DNA of 63,947 nt, the filler included, from an uncultured Gemmatimonadota bacterium (GTDB lineage: Bacteria > Blakebacterota > Blakebacteria > Blakebacterales > Blakebacteraceae), in assembly GCA_964576115.1 (NCBI GenBank). It is 4 parts of 4 records of this genome, joined end to end, with 100 filler letters (N's around TTAATTAATTAA, not from the genome) between each part and the next. Parts side by side here need not be neighbours in the genome. Positions count along the whole stretch, not along the records: positions 38,340 to 57,191 come from CAZNUA010000058.1; 3 more parts are not named here. The stretch is one strand, 5' to 3'. Numbering within the stretch: the stretch's first letter is position 1; each line of letters begins with the position of its first letter. The notes beneath the pieces were generated by a model. It saw only the letters and a list, made by a program, of their open reading frames with translations, made no database searches and was not told the DNA's origin. The translations under genes and the position numbers were made by a program. Positions 38,790 through 51,279 of the stretch are shown one piece after another.

Positions 38790-41545
38790 CCAAGCAGAAC
38801 CGCGTATACGAGCTGGCGAGACAGTACAAAATCTCGAGCCAGGCCATGATAGATGTCCTGCGCAATCTGGACTTCGAGATCAAGAGCCACATGAGCCCTG
38901 TCAACGAGGACATGCTCGAAGCTGTGGAGAATTATTTCGAAGGCCAGCGGGCCGAGGCCAAGGCTGAAGAGGCCCGCAAGCAGGAGGTGGCCGAAAAGGC
39001 GAAAGCCATCAAAGAAGCCGGGAAGGTAGCGGCCAAGGCCAAAAAGGAATCCGAGGCCGCCGCTGCCGAAGTTGCGGAAGAGGGTGAAAAGCACCCCCGG
39101 GTTCGAGCCGCGGATGACAAAGTCAAACTGGCCGAGAAGCTCACCCGGGCGCGTAGCGAAGAGGAGCGGCTGCGTCGTCAGGCCGAAGAAACCAAGCGGA
39201 AAGCAGAGGAGAAGCTCGCCGCACCGGTCGAGGAAAAGGGCGAGGAAGAGGAAGCGGTAGAGGTCGCCGAGAAAGAGCCCGAAGCTGTGCCGGTCGAGGC
39301 TGCAGAGCAACCAGAAGAAGCCGCGGCTCCCGTCGCCGAAGAGGCTGAAGAGATCACCGAAGCCGCCGAGGCCGTGTCCGGGGAAGAAGCCGTCGGGGAG
39401 GCGGAAGAGGTCGAGGCCGAGGTTGAAGCTGAAGCCGAAGTAGCAGAAGGAGAAGAGGCCTTGACTGCCGGGCGTTTGACCGGGGCCAGCCTGCGCGAAC
39501 GGATCAGGCAGAGCAAGGAAGCCCGCGAGACCGAGGGCACGGGGCCGCGTATCATCGAGAAGCGGGCTCCACAGGTCAAACAGCGTCGTTCGGCCGCCCG
39601 TCCCGCAGCCGAGATTCAACCCCAGCGGAAAAAGAAGAAAAAGCGCAAGAAGGGCCGTCGCGAGGTCGACCAGGAAGAAGTCCGCTCGACCATCAAGGAA
39701 ACCCTGGCGGATATCCGCAGCGGCCGCTCCCGGCCGGCCAAGAAACGCCGCCGCGAGTCGGGCGAGGCAGAGGTGGTCGAGGGCGAAGAGGAGCGGATGG
39801 TCATCCAGGTGACCGAATTCGCTTCGGTCTCCGAACTCGCCTCGCAGATGGATGTGGGAGCCAACGATATCATCGCCGCCTGTTTCCGGCTCGGTCTGAT
39901 GGTGACGATCAACCAGCGGCTCGACATGGAGACGATAGAGTTCATCGCCGACGAGTTCGGGTATGAGGTCGAGTCAATCGAGGAGTACGGGGCCGATTAT
40001 TTCGAGGAGGTCGTCGAGGAAGAAGAAGGAGAAGCAGTCTACCGGGCTCCGGTCGTCACCGTCATGGGGCACGTCGACCACGGGAAGACCTCGCTGCTGG
40101 ACTATATCCGCCGGACCAAGGTCGTGGCGGGCGAGGTCGGCGGCATTACCCAGCACATCGGGGCGTACGAGGTGGAAACCGAAGGCGGCAATGTCACCTT
40201 TCTCGACACTCCGGGCCACGAAGCCTTTACCGCCATGCGAGCCCGGGGAGCGACCATGACCGATCTGGTGGTTCTGGTCGTGGCGGCCGACGACAAGGTC
40301 ATGCCGCAGACGGTCGAAGCGATCAACCACGCCCGTGCCGCCGGGGTGCCGATCATCGTGGCGATCAACAAGATCGACCTGCCCGATGCCGATCCCGACG
40401 GTGTCAAGCAGCAGCTCACCCAATACAACATCGTGGTCGAGGATTTCGGGGGCGAAACGGTCGCCGTGCCGGTCTCGGCCAAGTCCGGAGAGGGGATCGA
40501 CCGTCTGATCGAGATGATCCTGCTCCAGTCCGAACTGCTCGAACTCACAGCCGTACGAACCGGGCTGGCCCGTGGGGTGGTGCTCGAATCCGAACTCGAC
40601 CGGGGCCGTGGACCGGTGGCGACGGTGCTGATCCAGAAGGGGGTTCTCGAGGAGGGCGATCCTTTCCTGGCCGGGCAGTATTCGGGGCGGGCGCGGGCTC
40701 TGTTCGACCCCCGCGGCAAGCCCCGGCGCGACGCCCATCCCAGCCAGGCGGTTCAGATTCTGGGTTTCGACGGGCTGCCGCAGCCCGGGGACACCTTCTA
40801 CACCCTGGCCGACGAGAAAGAAGCCCGGGCGCTGTCGCAGAAACGTCAGCAGATCAGGCGCGAGCAGGAGTTCGCGGTACGAGATTCGACCGCCCTGAGC
40901 GACGTACGCAAGAAGATCGAGGAGGGCGAGATCGAAGCCCTGCCGTTGATCGTCAAGGGGGATACCGACGGTTCGGTCGAAGCTCTGGGCGACTCGCTCA
41001 TGAAGCTGAGTACCGATGAAGTGCAGGTCCGCGTGATCCACAAGGGCGTCGGGGCGATCAACGAAACCGACGTCATGCTGGCCCAGGCTTCGGACGCCAT
41101 TATCGTCGGTTTTCACGTGCGTCCCGCGCGGGCGGCGCGCGAGGCCGCCGAACAGGCCGCGATCGAGATCCGCACCTACGACATTATCTACGAGGCGGTC
41201 GAGGATATCCGGCAGGGGCTCGAAGGACTGCTCAAGCCGCTCATCGAGGAGAACGTCACCGGCACGCTCGAAGTCCGCGACACTTTCCGCGTTCCCCGGG
41301 CCGGCACGATCGCCGGCTGTATGGTCGTAGAGGGTTTGATCGAGCGCAAAAGCCGGGTCCGGCTCGTCCGCGAGGGGGTGGTTGTCTACGAGGGCCGGGT
41401 CGGGAGCCTGAAACGGTTCAAAGACGACGTCAAGGAGGTCAAGGAAGGCTACGAGTGCGGGGTCGGACTCGAGAACTTCAACGATGTCAAGGTGGGCGAC
41501 GTGATCGAGGTCTACGAGCGCGAAGAGATCGCCCGGACCCTGTGA
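38786..41545 (+). CDS. infB: Translation initiation factor IF-2
   Basis: [61 protein letters not shown] start. Confidence 0.99.
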   Translation: MTKQNRVYELARQYKISSQAMIDVLRNLDFEIKSHMSPVNEDMLEAVENYFEGQRAEAKAEEARKQEVAEKAKAIKEAGKVAAKAKKESEAAAAEVAEEGEKHPRVRAADDKVKLAEKLTRARSEEERLRRQAEETKRKAEEKLAAPVEEKGEEEEAVEVAEKEPEAVPVEAAEQPEEAAAPVAEEAEEITEAAEAVSGEEAVGEAEEVEAEVEAEAEVAEGEEALTAGRLTGASLRERIRQSKEARETEGTGPRIIEKRAPQVKQRRSAARPAAEIQPQRKKKKKRKKGRREVDQEEVRSTIKETLADIRSGRSRPAKKRRRESGEAEVVEGEEERMVIQVTEFASVSELASQMDVGANDIIAACFRLGLMVTINQRLDMETIEFIADEFGYEVESIEEYGADYFEEVVEEEEGEAVYRAPVVTVMGHVDHGKTSLLDYIRRTKVVAGEVGGITQHIGAYEVETEGGNVTFLDTPGHEAFTAMRARGATMTDLVVLVVAADDKVMPQTVEAINHARAAGVPIIVAINKIDLPDADPDGVKQQLTQYNIVVEDFGGETVAVPVSAKSGEGIDRLIEMILLQSELLELTAVRTGLARGVVLESELDRGRGPVATVLIQKGVLEEGDPFLAGQYSGRARALFDPRGKPRRDAHPSQAVQILGFDGLPQPGDTFYTLADEKEARALSQKRQQIRREQEFAVRDSTALSDVRKKIEEGEIEALPLIVKGDTDGSVEALGDSLMKLSTDEVQVRVIHKGVGAINETDVMLAQASDAIIVGFHVRPARAAREAAEQAAIEIRTYDIIYEAVEDIRQGLEGLLKPLIEENVTGTLEVRDTFRVPRAGTIAGCMVVEGLIERKSRVRLVREGVVVYEGRVGSLKRFKDDVKEVKEGYECGVGLENFNDVKVGDVIEVYEREEIARTL

Positions 41546-41549
41546 GACG

Positions 41550-41834
41550 ATGACACTCGGAACCCTCATGATCGATCTGCACCTGCCCGACTGCCGCTCC
41601 CTGAAGCAGAAGCGGAGTGTTCTCAAGCGTCTGAGTGCCCGTCTGCGGCGCGATTTCAATATCTCTGTCGCCGAGGTGGAGAAACAGGATCTGGTGCAAT
41701 CCGCCCGTCTGGCCGTCGCGACGGTGAGCAACGACCGGGCTTTCACCAATGCTGTGCTGAGCAAGGTCGTCGATACCGTCGAACGCGAACCGGCCTGTTA
41801 TCTGCAGGACTACGTCCTCGAGATCGTTCCCTGA
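41550..41834 (+). CDS. DUF503 (YlxP-like) protein
   Basis: SLKQKRSVLK, FNISVAEV..QD; position between infB and rbfA. Confidence 0.9.
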   Translation: MTLGTLMIDLHLPDCRSLKQKRSVLKRLSARLRRDFNISVAEVEKQDLVQSARLAVATVSNDRAFTNAVLSKVVDTVEREPACYLQDYVLEIVP

Positions 41835-41838
41835 GACG

Positions 41839-42195
41839 ATGAGCGGCTACGACCGGACAGAGCGCATCGCGGACGAGATCAAGCGGCTCCTCGGAGAACT
41901 CCTGGAGCGGGAGGTCCGCGATCCCCGGGTCGGATTCGTTACCGTCATGGGGGTCGAAGTCACCAGCGATCTTGCTTACGCAACGGTGTACGTGACCGCC
42001 GGCGAGGGCGAGGATGTCGGCGAGGTTCTGGCGGGTCTCGCGGCCGCCGCGGGATTCCTGCGCCGTCGGCTCGGCGAGAGTCTCTCGCTACGACATATAC
42101 CCGAACTGCGGTTTCACGAGGATGCCTCGATCGAGCGGGGCTTCCGCATGGATGCGCTGCTCAAGCGCCTGGCCGAAGAGCGTGGCGATGAATGA
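41839..42195 (+). CDS. rbfA: Ribosome-binding factor A
   Basis: RIADEIKR, DPRVGFVTV, VTSDLAYATVY, LRHIPELRF..D.SIERG. Confidence 0.97.
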   Translation: MSGYDRTERIADEIKRLLGELLEREVRDPRVGFVTVMGVEVTSDLAYATVYVTAGEGEDVGEVLAGLAAAAGFLRRRLGESLSLRHIPELRFHEDASIERGFRMDALLKRLAEERGDE

Positions 42196-43186
42196 GACCC
42201 TGGTGAAATTCGAACAGGCCCTGGCCGGGGTGCAGCGGATCCTGCTCACTACCCACGTCAATCCAGACGGCGACGCCGTAGGCAGCACGCTGGCCATGCG
42301 GGCCATTCTGGAGCGGGCGGGCAAGCACGCCGTGGTGGTGATGAGCGATGCAGTTCCCGAGAAATATCGTTTCCTGGTCGATCATCACCTGTACCGGCCC
42401 GGGCCGGGGGCGCTGGACGAGGAACTCGAGGCGGGGCGCTTCGAGATGGTCGTATTCATCGATGCCTCCGAGCGCGAGCGGGTCGGGCCGGTGCTCGAGT
42501 TCCTGCCCGACTGGTGCACGCCCGGGGCCGTGGTGGTCAACATCGACCACCATGTCAGTAACGACCGGTTCGGCGATGTCGTGCTTATCGATCCCGGCCG
42601 GGCGTCGGCAGCCGAAATCGTACATGAGACCGTGACCCACCTCGGGATCGACCTGACACCCTCGATCGCTACTCAGCTCTATGCCGGTGTGTTGACCGAT
42701 ACCGGCCGTTTCAGCTACTCCAACACCACTGTCGAGTGCCTGAGGACAGCCGCCGAACTGGTGGCCGCCGGGGCCGATCCCACCGCCATCGCCGAACGCA
42801 TTTATGCCGAACGGCCGTTGATTTTCTACCGTCTGCTCGGGCGACTGCTGGTTCACCTCGAAACCCATCACGAGGGTCGGACCTGTCTGATGATCCTGCC
42901 CGCCGAGGTGATCGCCGAACTCTATCCCGAAGGGGGCATGGATACCGAGGGGATCGTCGACTACACGGTGCAGATCGGTGGGGTGGAGGTAGGCGCTTTC
43001 CTGCGGCAGACCGGTGAAGGGGCCTGGCGGGCCTCGTTGCGCTCGCGCGGTCGGGTCAATGTCCGCGAGGTCGCCGAAGCCTTCGCCGGCGGAGGGCACG
43101 ATTCGGCCGCGGGCTGCGCGCTGACGGGCGATCTGGAGCAGATACGCAAGCGCCTGCTCGACGAGATCGGAAAGAGTCTGGCATGA
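42188..43186 (+). CDS. nrnA: DHH-family oligoribonuclease/pAp phosphatase
   Basis: THVNPDGDAVGS, NIDHH, TDTGRFSY, SLRS, GGGH; ATG 42188 overlaps rbfA end. Confidence 0.88.
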   Translation: MNETLVKFEQALAGVQRILLTTHVNPDGDAVGSTLAMRAILERAGKHAVVVMSDAVPEKYRFLVDHHLYRPGPGALDEELEAGRFEMVVFIDASERERVGPVLEFLPDWCTPGAVVVNIDHHVSNDRFGDVVLIDPGRASAAEIVHETVTHLGIDLTPSIATQLYAGVLTDTGRFSYSNTTVECLRTAAELVAAGADPTAIAERIYAERPLIFYRLLGRLLVHLETHHEGRTCLMILPAEVIAELYPEGGMDTEGIVDYTVQIGGVEVGAFLRQTGEGAWRASLRSRGRVNVREVAEAFAGGGHDSAAGCALTGDLEQIRKRLLDEIGKSLA

Positions 43187-44139
43187 GCGACACGACCGGA
43201 CAGAGCGACAAGATCCGGGACGGTTTTGTGCTGGTCGACAAACCGGAGGGCTGGAGTTCGTTCGATGCCGTGCGCTGGGTACGCAAGGCTCTGGGGGGAG
43301 TCAAGGTGGGTCATGCCGGCACTCTCGATCCCTTTGCCACCGGGCTGCTGATTCTGCTCATCGGCCGTGCCACCCGGCTGATGCGTTACCTCGAGGAGTA
43401 CCGCAAAACCTATTGGGGAACGATGCGGCTGGGGGTACGTACAGACACCTGCGACCTGACCGGCGAGGTGATCGATGAATCGGGCTCGGCCGCTGTGGAC
43501 ACGATCAGCCGGGCGGCTCTCGACGAAGCCTTCGGGATCTGGTCGGGCGAGGTGGAACAGGTCCCCCCCCAGTATTCGGCCGTCAAGGTCGAGGGGGAGC
43601 CGGCCTACAAGATCGCCCGTCGGGGCGAAGAGGCCGATCTGGAAGCGCGGGCGATAACCATCTACGAACTCGAACTCGAATCGTATACCGCTCCCGATAT
43701 CGCCTTCCGGGCGGTGGTCGAAACGGGGACCTACCTGCGGGCCCTGGCCCGGGATGTCGGCGAGGCTCTCGGTGTCGGCGGTCACCTGCGCGATCTGCGC
43801 CGGACCGGTATCGGGCCGTTTTCGGCCGACGATGCCTTCCCGCTGGCCAGGCCCGAAGGTGAAGGCTACGTGCGCGACTGGGTCCGGCCCACCAGCGAAC
43901 TGCTTCCCCGCGAAATGCTCATCGAGGTCACCCCGGCCCAGGCCAGGCGCCTGGCGCACGGGAACGAACTGCGCCTGCCCGCCGAGGCGGTCAGGCACGC
44001 CGAAGAGTACTCCCATGTCGGCGTTCTCTGCCGCAACGACCTGGTGGCGGTGGGACGCCTGGTGGTGGTCGGCAACGACGGTCTCTTCCAGCCCCGTACG
44101 GTCCTGGCCACGCCGCCCGGTTACGGAGAGCGGTCATGA
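43183..44139 (+). CDS. truB: tRNA pseudouridine(55) synthase
   Basis: DKPEGWSS, KVGHAGTLDPFATGLL, QVPPQYSAVK, GTYLRALARD. Confidence 0.97.
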   Translation: MSDTTGQSDKIRDGFVLVDKPEGWSSFDAVRWVRKALGGVKVGHAGTLDPFATGLLILLIGRATRLMRYLEEYRKTYWGTMRLGVRTDTCDLTGEVIDESGSAAVDTISRAALDEAFGIWSGEVEQVPPQYSAVKVEGEPAYKIARRGEEADLEARAITIYELELESYTAPDIAFRAVVETGTYLRALARDVGEALGVGGHLRDLRRTGIGPFSADDAFPLARPEGEGYVRDWVRPTSELLPREMLIEVTPAQARRLAHGNELRLPAEAVRHAEEYSHVGVLCRNDLVAVGRLVVVGNDGLFQPRTVLATPPGYGERS

Positions 44140-45074
44140 CGGTCCTGCTCGGTCTCGACGCGATACCGCCGGGGTTGCACCGGCCGGTGATCACGATGGG
44201 TTCCTTCGACGGGATCCATCGGGGCCATCAGAAGCTGCTCGAGCGGGTGGTCGAGCTGGCGGCAGAAAACGACGGCACACCGGTGCTTCTGACCTTCGAA
44301 CCGCACCCGCAGCAGGTCGTCGCCCCCGGGACCGCGCCGCCGCTGCTGACAGGCCGGGCCGAGAAACTGCCCCTGATCGAAGAGGCCGGGATCGCCCTGA
44401 CGATCATCCTGACCTTCAACCGCGAACTCAGCGAACTGGCGGCCGAGGTCTTCGTCAGACAGGTTCTGGTCGATCGTCTCGGGGTGGCCCACCTGGTGCT
44501 GGGACACGATCACGCCTTCGGCCGGGAGCGGCGGGGCAGGGAGGAACTGCTGCAGCGGCTGGCGCCCGAACTCGGTTTCGGCATCGAGGTCGTCGACGCC
44601 GTACTCGATGACGGCGTGGCCATCACCAGCACCGTGATCCGCAATCTGCTGGCCGCCGGTGAGGTGGAGCGGGCGGCCCACATGCTCGGACGTCCCTACA
44701 GCCTGGGCGGGCTGGTCGTCCGGGGCGAGGGACGCGGCCGCGAACTCGGCTTTCCCACCGCCAATCTGGCTCTGGAAGTCAATCGCAAGTGCATGCCCGG
44801 GGACGGCATCTACGCCGTTCGGGTCCGGGTGCGCGGCAGTACCCGGTCGGGAGCCTGCAGCATCGGCCGGCGCCCGACCTTCGGATCGGGGGACCGGACC
44901 ATCGAGGTCTACCTGATCGATTTCGAGGACGACATCTACGGCGATCGAATCGAAGTCACGTTCCAGGCGCGTCTGCGGGATGAACTCGCCTTTGAGAACC
45001 CGCAGGAGCTGGTCGAGCAGATGCGCCGCGATGTCGAAAATGTCCAACGGCTCATGTCACAGGAGGAATACTGA
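44136..45074 (+). CDS. ribF: Bifunctional riboflavin kinase/FAD synthetase
   Basis: GSFDGIHRGH, TFEPHP, GRGRELGFPTAN, RPTF, IEVYLIDF. Confidence 0.97.
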   Translation: MTVLLGLDAIPPGLHRPVITMGSFDGIHRGHQKLLERVVELAAENDGTPVLLTFEPHPQQVVAPGTAPPLLTGRAEKLPLIEEAGIALTIILTFNRELSELAAEVFVRQVLVDRLGVAHLVLGHDHAFGRERRGREELLQRLAPELGFGIEVVDAVLDDGVAITSTVIRNLLAAGEVERAAHMLGRPYSLGGLVVRGEGRGRELGFPTANLALEVNRKCMPGDGIYAVRVRVRGSTRSGACSIGRRPTFGSGDRTIEVYLIDFEDDIYGDRIEVTFQARLRDELAFENPQELVEQMRRDVENVQRLMSQEEY

Positions 45075-45344
45075 GTGCCACTGACCAGAGAAAATAAGTC
45101 GGCCCTGATCGAGAAGTACGGCCGGAACAGTGACGATACCGGATCCAGCGAGGTCCAGATCGCACTGCTGACCGAGCGGATCTCCTACCTGACCGATCAT
45201 CTGCGTCTGCACCCCAAGGATCACGCCAGCCGGCGGGGATTGCTGAAGATGGTCGGACAGCGAAGGCGACTGCTCGACTACCTGCGCCGCAAGGACTCCG
45301 AGAGCTACCGCAAACTGCTCGAGGAGCTCGGGCTCAGGAAATAA
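45075..45344 (+). CDS. rpsO: 30S ribosomal protein S15
   Basis: [46 protein letters not shown] start after AGGAGG. Confidence 0.99.
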   Translation: MPLTRENKSALIEKYGRNSDDTGSSEVQIALLTERISYLTDHLRLHPKDHASRRGLLKMVGQRRRLLDYLRRKDSESYRKLLEELGLRK

Positions 45345-45405
45345 CCGGGTACCAGCGGCGGGAAGGCCCCACCGTGAAAGACCCAACGACAGAGAGTAGA
45401 AAAAC

Positions 45406-47520
<2,115 letters not shown>

Positions 47521-47530
47521 ACGTCCCGCC

Positions 47531-48820
47531 ATGGCCGGCAGCGATCCGGACCCGGGCCTTGCGGCTGACCGCTATCGTTTGACCAGGCTCGAGAGCGGCC
47601 TGACCGTCATCACGGAGGCACTCCCGTATGTACGGTCGGTCGCTTTCGGAGTCTGGGCCCGGGCCGGTTCGCGCGATGAACGTGACGGGCAGGAGGGGCT
47701 GGCCCACTTTCTCGAGCACATGCTCTTCAAGGGCACCGAGACGCGCAGTGCCTTCGACATCGCCTACGAGCTCGAGAAGCGGGGCGGCAACCTGAACGCC
47801 TTCACGAGCAAGGATCACACCTGTTACTACTGCCATCTGCTCGACGAGCATCTGGATGTGGCGGTAGACGTTCTGGGCGACATGATCCAGCATCCCCGGC
47901 TCGATCCCGAAGAAACAGAGCGCGAAAAACAGGTCGTGCTCGAGGAGATCAAGACCTCCTTCGACACTCCCGATGACTGGGTACACGAGCTGTTTTTCAG
48001 CGATCTCTACGGCTCTCATCCGCTGGCTCATCCGGTTCTGGGCGATGGCGAGACCGTGGCTCGACTCGCCCCCGACGATCTGCGGGCCTTCATCGGCGAG
48101 CGCTACCGGCCCGACACCATGCTCGCCGCCGCAGCCGGTTCGCTCGAGCACGAGCAGGTCGTCGACGAAGTGGCCCGGCGGTTCGATGCCATCGGGACCG
48201 AACCCGCCGGGGACCGCCCCGCGGTCGAGGCCAACGGCCGCGGACAGACCTGGCACCACCCCCGCGACATCTCCCAGATCCACGCCCTGACCGGGGCCCA
48301 CGGGCTGGCCTGGGACGATGACGACCGCTACGCTCTGGTCATTCTCATGAACATCCTGGCGGGGGGAATGAGCAGCCGTCTGTTCCAGAAAGTGCGCGAG
48401 CAGCGGGGTCTGGTGTACACCATTGCTCCTGTCACCGCCTTTTACGAAGAAACGGGTGTGGCGGCTTTCTACTTCGCGGCGGCGCCCGGAAATACCCCCC
48501 TGGCGCTGGAACTGATCGCCGAGGAGATCGGCACCCTCACCCGGGTGGGCGAGATCGACGAGGAGGAACTGCTCAGCACCAAAGAGCAGGTCAAAGGAAA
48601 CCTCATGCTCAGCCTCGAAAGCACCTTCAACCGTATGGCGCGCCTGGCCCGGGGGATCATGTTCGAAGGCCGGATCATCGGTCTGGAGGAGACCGTCGAT
48701 CGCCTCGAAGCTGTCACGGCCGAGGATCTCGCTCGATTGGCCTCCGGCCTGTTCACTCCCGACCGGATGACGACCACCCTGCTGGGAGCCGACCCCGAGG
48801 GGGTGGGGCAGGAAGGGTGA
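47531..48820 (+). CDS. M16 (pitrilysin-family) zinc peptidase
   Basis: [17 protein letters not shown] (HxxEH), [23 protein letters not shown] 47531. Confidence 0.95.
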   Translation: MAGSDPDPGLAADRYRLTRLESGLTVITEALPYVRSVAFGVWARAGSRDERDGQEGLAHFLEHMLFKGTETRSAFDIAYELEKRGGNLNAFTSKDHTCYYCHLLDEHLDVAVDVLGDMIQHPRLDPEETEREKQVVLEEIKTSFDTPDDWVHELFFSDLYGSHPLAHPVLGDGETVARLAPDDLRAFIGERYRPDTMLAAAAGSLEHEQVVDEVARRFDAIGTEPAGDRPAVEANGRGQTWHHPRDISQIHALTGAHGLAWDDDDRYALVILMNILAGGMSSRLFQKVREQRGLVYTIAPVTAFYEETGVAAFYFAAAPGNTPLALELIAEEIGTLTRVGEIDEEELLSTKEQVKGNLMLSLESTFNRMARLARGIMFEGRIIGLEETVDRLEAVTAEDLARLASGLFTPDRMTTTLLGADPEGVGQEG

Positions 48821-48852
48821 GGCGGAGCGGAACCGATACCAAGGAGGATGAC

Positions 48853-49311
48853 GTGCCGGCTCAGGATCGTTGCCGGGTCCGGATACAGCGTCTGCAGTCC
48901 GCCCCCCCGGTCACCCTGCCCGAATACGAAAGCGGGGGCGCGGCGGGCATGGATGTCCGGGCCTGTCTGGAGCAACCGCTGGTTATTCCTCCCGGGGGAA
49001 CGGCTCTGGTCCCGACCGGATTCGCGATCGCTCTCCCGGACGGGTACGAAGCTCAGCTCCGGCCCCGCAGCGGACTGGCGCTGAAACAGGCCTTGAGTCT
49101 GGCCAATACTCCGGGCACCATCGACAGCGATTATCGGGGCGAGGTGCGGGTCATCATGATCAATCACGGCTCCGAGCCGTTCACGATCGAGAACGGAATG
49201 CGCATCGCGCAGATGGTCGTGGCCCCGGTCAGCAGAGTAGAATGGGACGAGGTATCCGAACTGCCCGAAACCGATCGGGGTGCCGGCGGTTTCGGTTCGA
49301 CGGGACACTGA
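48853..49311 (+). CDS. dut: dUTP diphosphatase
   Basis: [39 protein letters not shown] 48853 after AAGGAGG. Confidence 0.97.
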   Translation: MPAQDRCRVRIQRLQSAPPVTLPEYESGGAAGMDVRACLEQPLVIPPGGTALVPTGFAIALPDGYEAQLRPRSGLALKQALSLANTPGTIDSDYRGEVRVIMINHGSEPFTIENGMRIAQMVVAPVSRVEWDEVSELPETDRGAGGFGSTGH

Positions 49312-49314
49312 CCC

Positions 49315-51279
49315 ATGAGTTCACGGATCGACCAGAGCTATCTCGAGTACTGGGGTTTTCACCGGGCGCCTTTCGCCCTGACTCCCGATCCCGACATGCT
49401 CTATCTCTCCAAGCAGCACCGCGAGTGCCTGCTGCGGCTGCAGTATGCCATTGCCGGCAACAAGGGCGGGGCGCTGCTGGTGAGCGAAAATCCCGGCGAC
49501 GGCAAGACCAGCGTCCTGCGCCGGCTCGAAAAAGATCTCTCGGCCGCCGAGAACGAGGAGTACCGGATCGTCTTCATCGATCATCCCACCCTGACTCCCA
49601 ACCAGATGCTCTGGGAGATGCTCCGTCAGCTCGGTCTGGGTGAGGTGCGGGGCGAAAAGATCCAGAACCTGCTGCAGCTGCGTGAAGCCCTGATCGAGAT
49701 GTACGAGCGGGGCCAGCGCTGCGTTTTCATTCTCGACGAGGGCCAGCTCCTGGCCGACCGCCCCGAACTGATGCAGGAATTCCGGGTGCTGCTCAACTAC
49801 ACCGTGGGGGACACCTTCCTGCTGACCTTCATCTTCAGCGGCCAGAGCGAACTCGAGGGCGCGATGAAGCGCCTGCCCGAATTCTACCAGCGCCTGCCGG
49901 TCCGCTATTTTCTGCACAGCATGGATCTGGCCGATACCGGCCGGATGATCAGCCATCGCCTCAAAGTGGCCGGGTACGGGGGGCCGCCCCTGTTCAGCGA
50001 GAGCGCCGTGCGGGAGATCTATCGTTATTCTCAGGGCATTCCCCGGGTCATCTGTTCGGTGGCCGATCTCTGCCTGGTCGTCGGACACAGCCGTTCGGTC
50101 CGCGTCATCCACGACAGCGAAGTCTTCATGGCCGTGCGCGATCTCGATCGCACCACCCAGGACGGGTATCACTACTACCACTTTCTCCGTTCGGCCGGTT
50201 CGTCCTCGCCGGAGGAAGAAGAGGAGATCCTGGCCGCCGAAGCCGAGCGCGACCGGCAGGAGGCCGAGGCCGCTCTGGAACGGCTGGAGAGCGCAGAGGC
50301 CGGTGAAGATGAGGCCGTGGTCACGACGCTGTCGGCCCAGATCGAGGCCTGGACGCCTTCTGAGGAGGCCTCAGAGCCTTTTGAGGGCGATTCCGGGACC
50401 GCCGTCGTCCCCGACGATGAAGCCGAACCGGAAGCGCCCGTTGAACGGGACCTCGGGGCTGTCGAGGAATCCCGGGACGAACCCGAACCGGAACCGGAAA
50501 CCGGACCGGAATATGAACCTGTACCGGAACCGGAACAGGAGCCCGAGCCGGAACCGGAACCAGAGCTGGAACCGGAACCGGAGTATGTCCTGCCCGAAAC
50601 CGGTGTGGAAGCGGCCGAGGAGGACGTCGTACCGGTCGAGCCCGTCCGGCCGCTCTGGATACGGGATGCAGATGACGAGGCGGAGCTGATTCACTGCCCC
50701 CTGTGCGGTGTGAGCCAGCCGGCCGATCGGACCACCTGCGTGCAGTGCGGCAGCCCGTTGTACTGGATCTGCCCCTCATGCCAGCATCGCAACACTGCCC
50801 ATCGGCCGCGCTGCGATCGCTGCGGTCAGAGCCTGTCCCGGGCGGTGGCCGACGTGGAAGCGGCCCTGCGCGACACCATCTCCACCTCGGCGGCGGCCGC
50901 CGACTGGGGGGTGTTGACCGCCCCTGATTTCAGCCTCAACCTGGCCGAGGGCGAGAAGATTCTGGCGGTCGTGAAAAACAAGCCGCTCTTCGGACGGGGA
51001 ATCACGATTCGGGCCCGGACCGACGCCTGGGGAGAGCGGGAGAAGAAGGCGACGATCGTCCTCACCAATCACCGCCTGCACGTCGTGGCTGCCGAACTGC
51101 AGAGCCGCGTACCCTATCACGAACTCCAGGGAGTGAGGGCCACCCGCGGCAAGATTCATCTCTTCCATGGCTCCGGCGGTGTCCGGCTAAGCTACCCCGC
51201 CACCGATACGGGGGTCTACGAACTCGTCCGGGCCCTGATCGAGTTCCTCGATTTCCAGATCCGCAGGTACCGGGTGTGA
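49315..51279 (+). CDS. ExeA/GspA-like AAA ATPase fused to acidic Glu-Pro linker, double zinc ribbon and PH-like C-terminal domain
   Basis: YLEYWGF..APFALTPDP..LYLSKQH, SENPGDGKT, FILDEGQ, GQSEL, SQGIPRVI; CPLC/CVQC/CPSC/CDRC; IVLTNHRL. Confidence 0.85.
   Translation: MSSRIDQSYLEYWGFHRAPFALTPDPDMLYLSKQHRECLLRLQYAIAGNKGGALLVSENPGDGKTSVLRRLEKDLSAAENEEYRIVFIDHPTLTPNQMLWEMLRQLGLGEVRGEKIQNLLQLREALIEMYERGQRCVFILDEGQLLADRPELMQEFRVLLNYTVGDTFLLTFIFSGQSELEGAMKRLPEFYQRLPVRYFLHSMDLADTGRMISHRLKVAGYGGPPLFSESAVREIYRYSQGIPRVICSVADLCLVVGHSRSVRVIHDSEVFMAVRDLDRTTQDGYHYYHFLRSAGSSSPEEEEEILAAEAERDRQEAEAALERLESAEAGEDEAVVTTLSAQIEAWTPSEEASEPFEGDSGTAVVPDDEAEPEAPVERDLGAVEESRDEPEPEPETGPEYEPVPEPEQEPEPEPEPELEPEPEYVLPETGVEAAEEDVVPVEPVRPLWIRDADDEAELIHCPLCGVSQPADRTTCVQCGSPLYWICPSCQHRNTAHRPRCDRCGQSLSRAVADVEAALRDTISTSAAAADWGVLTAPDFSLNLAEGEKILAVVKNKPLFGRGITIRARTDAWGEREKKATIVLTNHRLHVVAAELQSRVPYHELQGVRATRGKIHLFHGSGGVRLSYPATDTGVYELVRALIEFLDFQIRRYRV
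50479..50583 (+). repeat. Degenerate 6-bp tandem repeat (GAACCG) encoding a Glu-Pro linker
   Basis: EPEPEPETGPEYEPVPEPEQEPEPEPEPELEPEPE within the ExeA-like gene. Confidence 0.8.

Noticed and set aside
42014-42187. Longer N-termini from the ORF track for nrnA (also 47477 for M16, 2785 for PadR, 32195 for VOC)
   Set aside because: Overlap upstream genes or promoters and lack family-like sequence; downstream starts fit better
45345-45405. Structured rpsO-pnp intergenic RNA (RNase III site)
   Set aside because: Only a short imperfect stem; too weak to call without comparative data
50479-50583. CRISPR-like or non-coding tandem array
   Set aside because: In-frame 6-bp coding repeat for a Glu-Pro linker; no spacers or cas genes seen in the window
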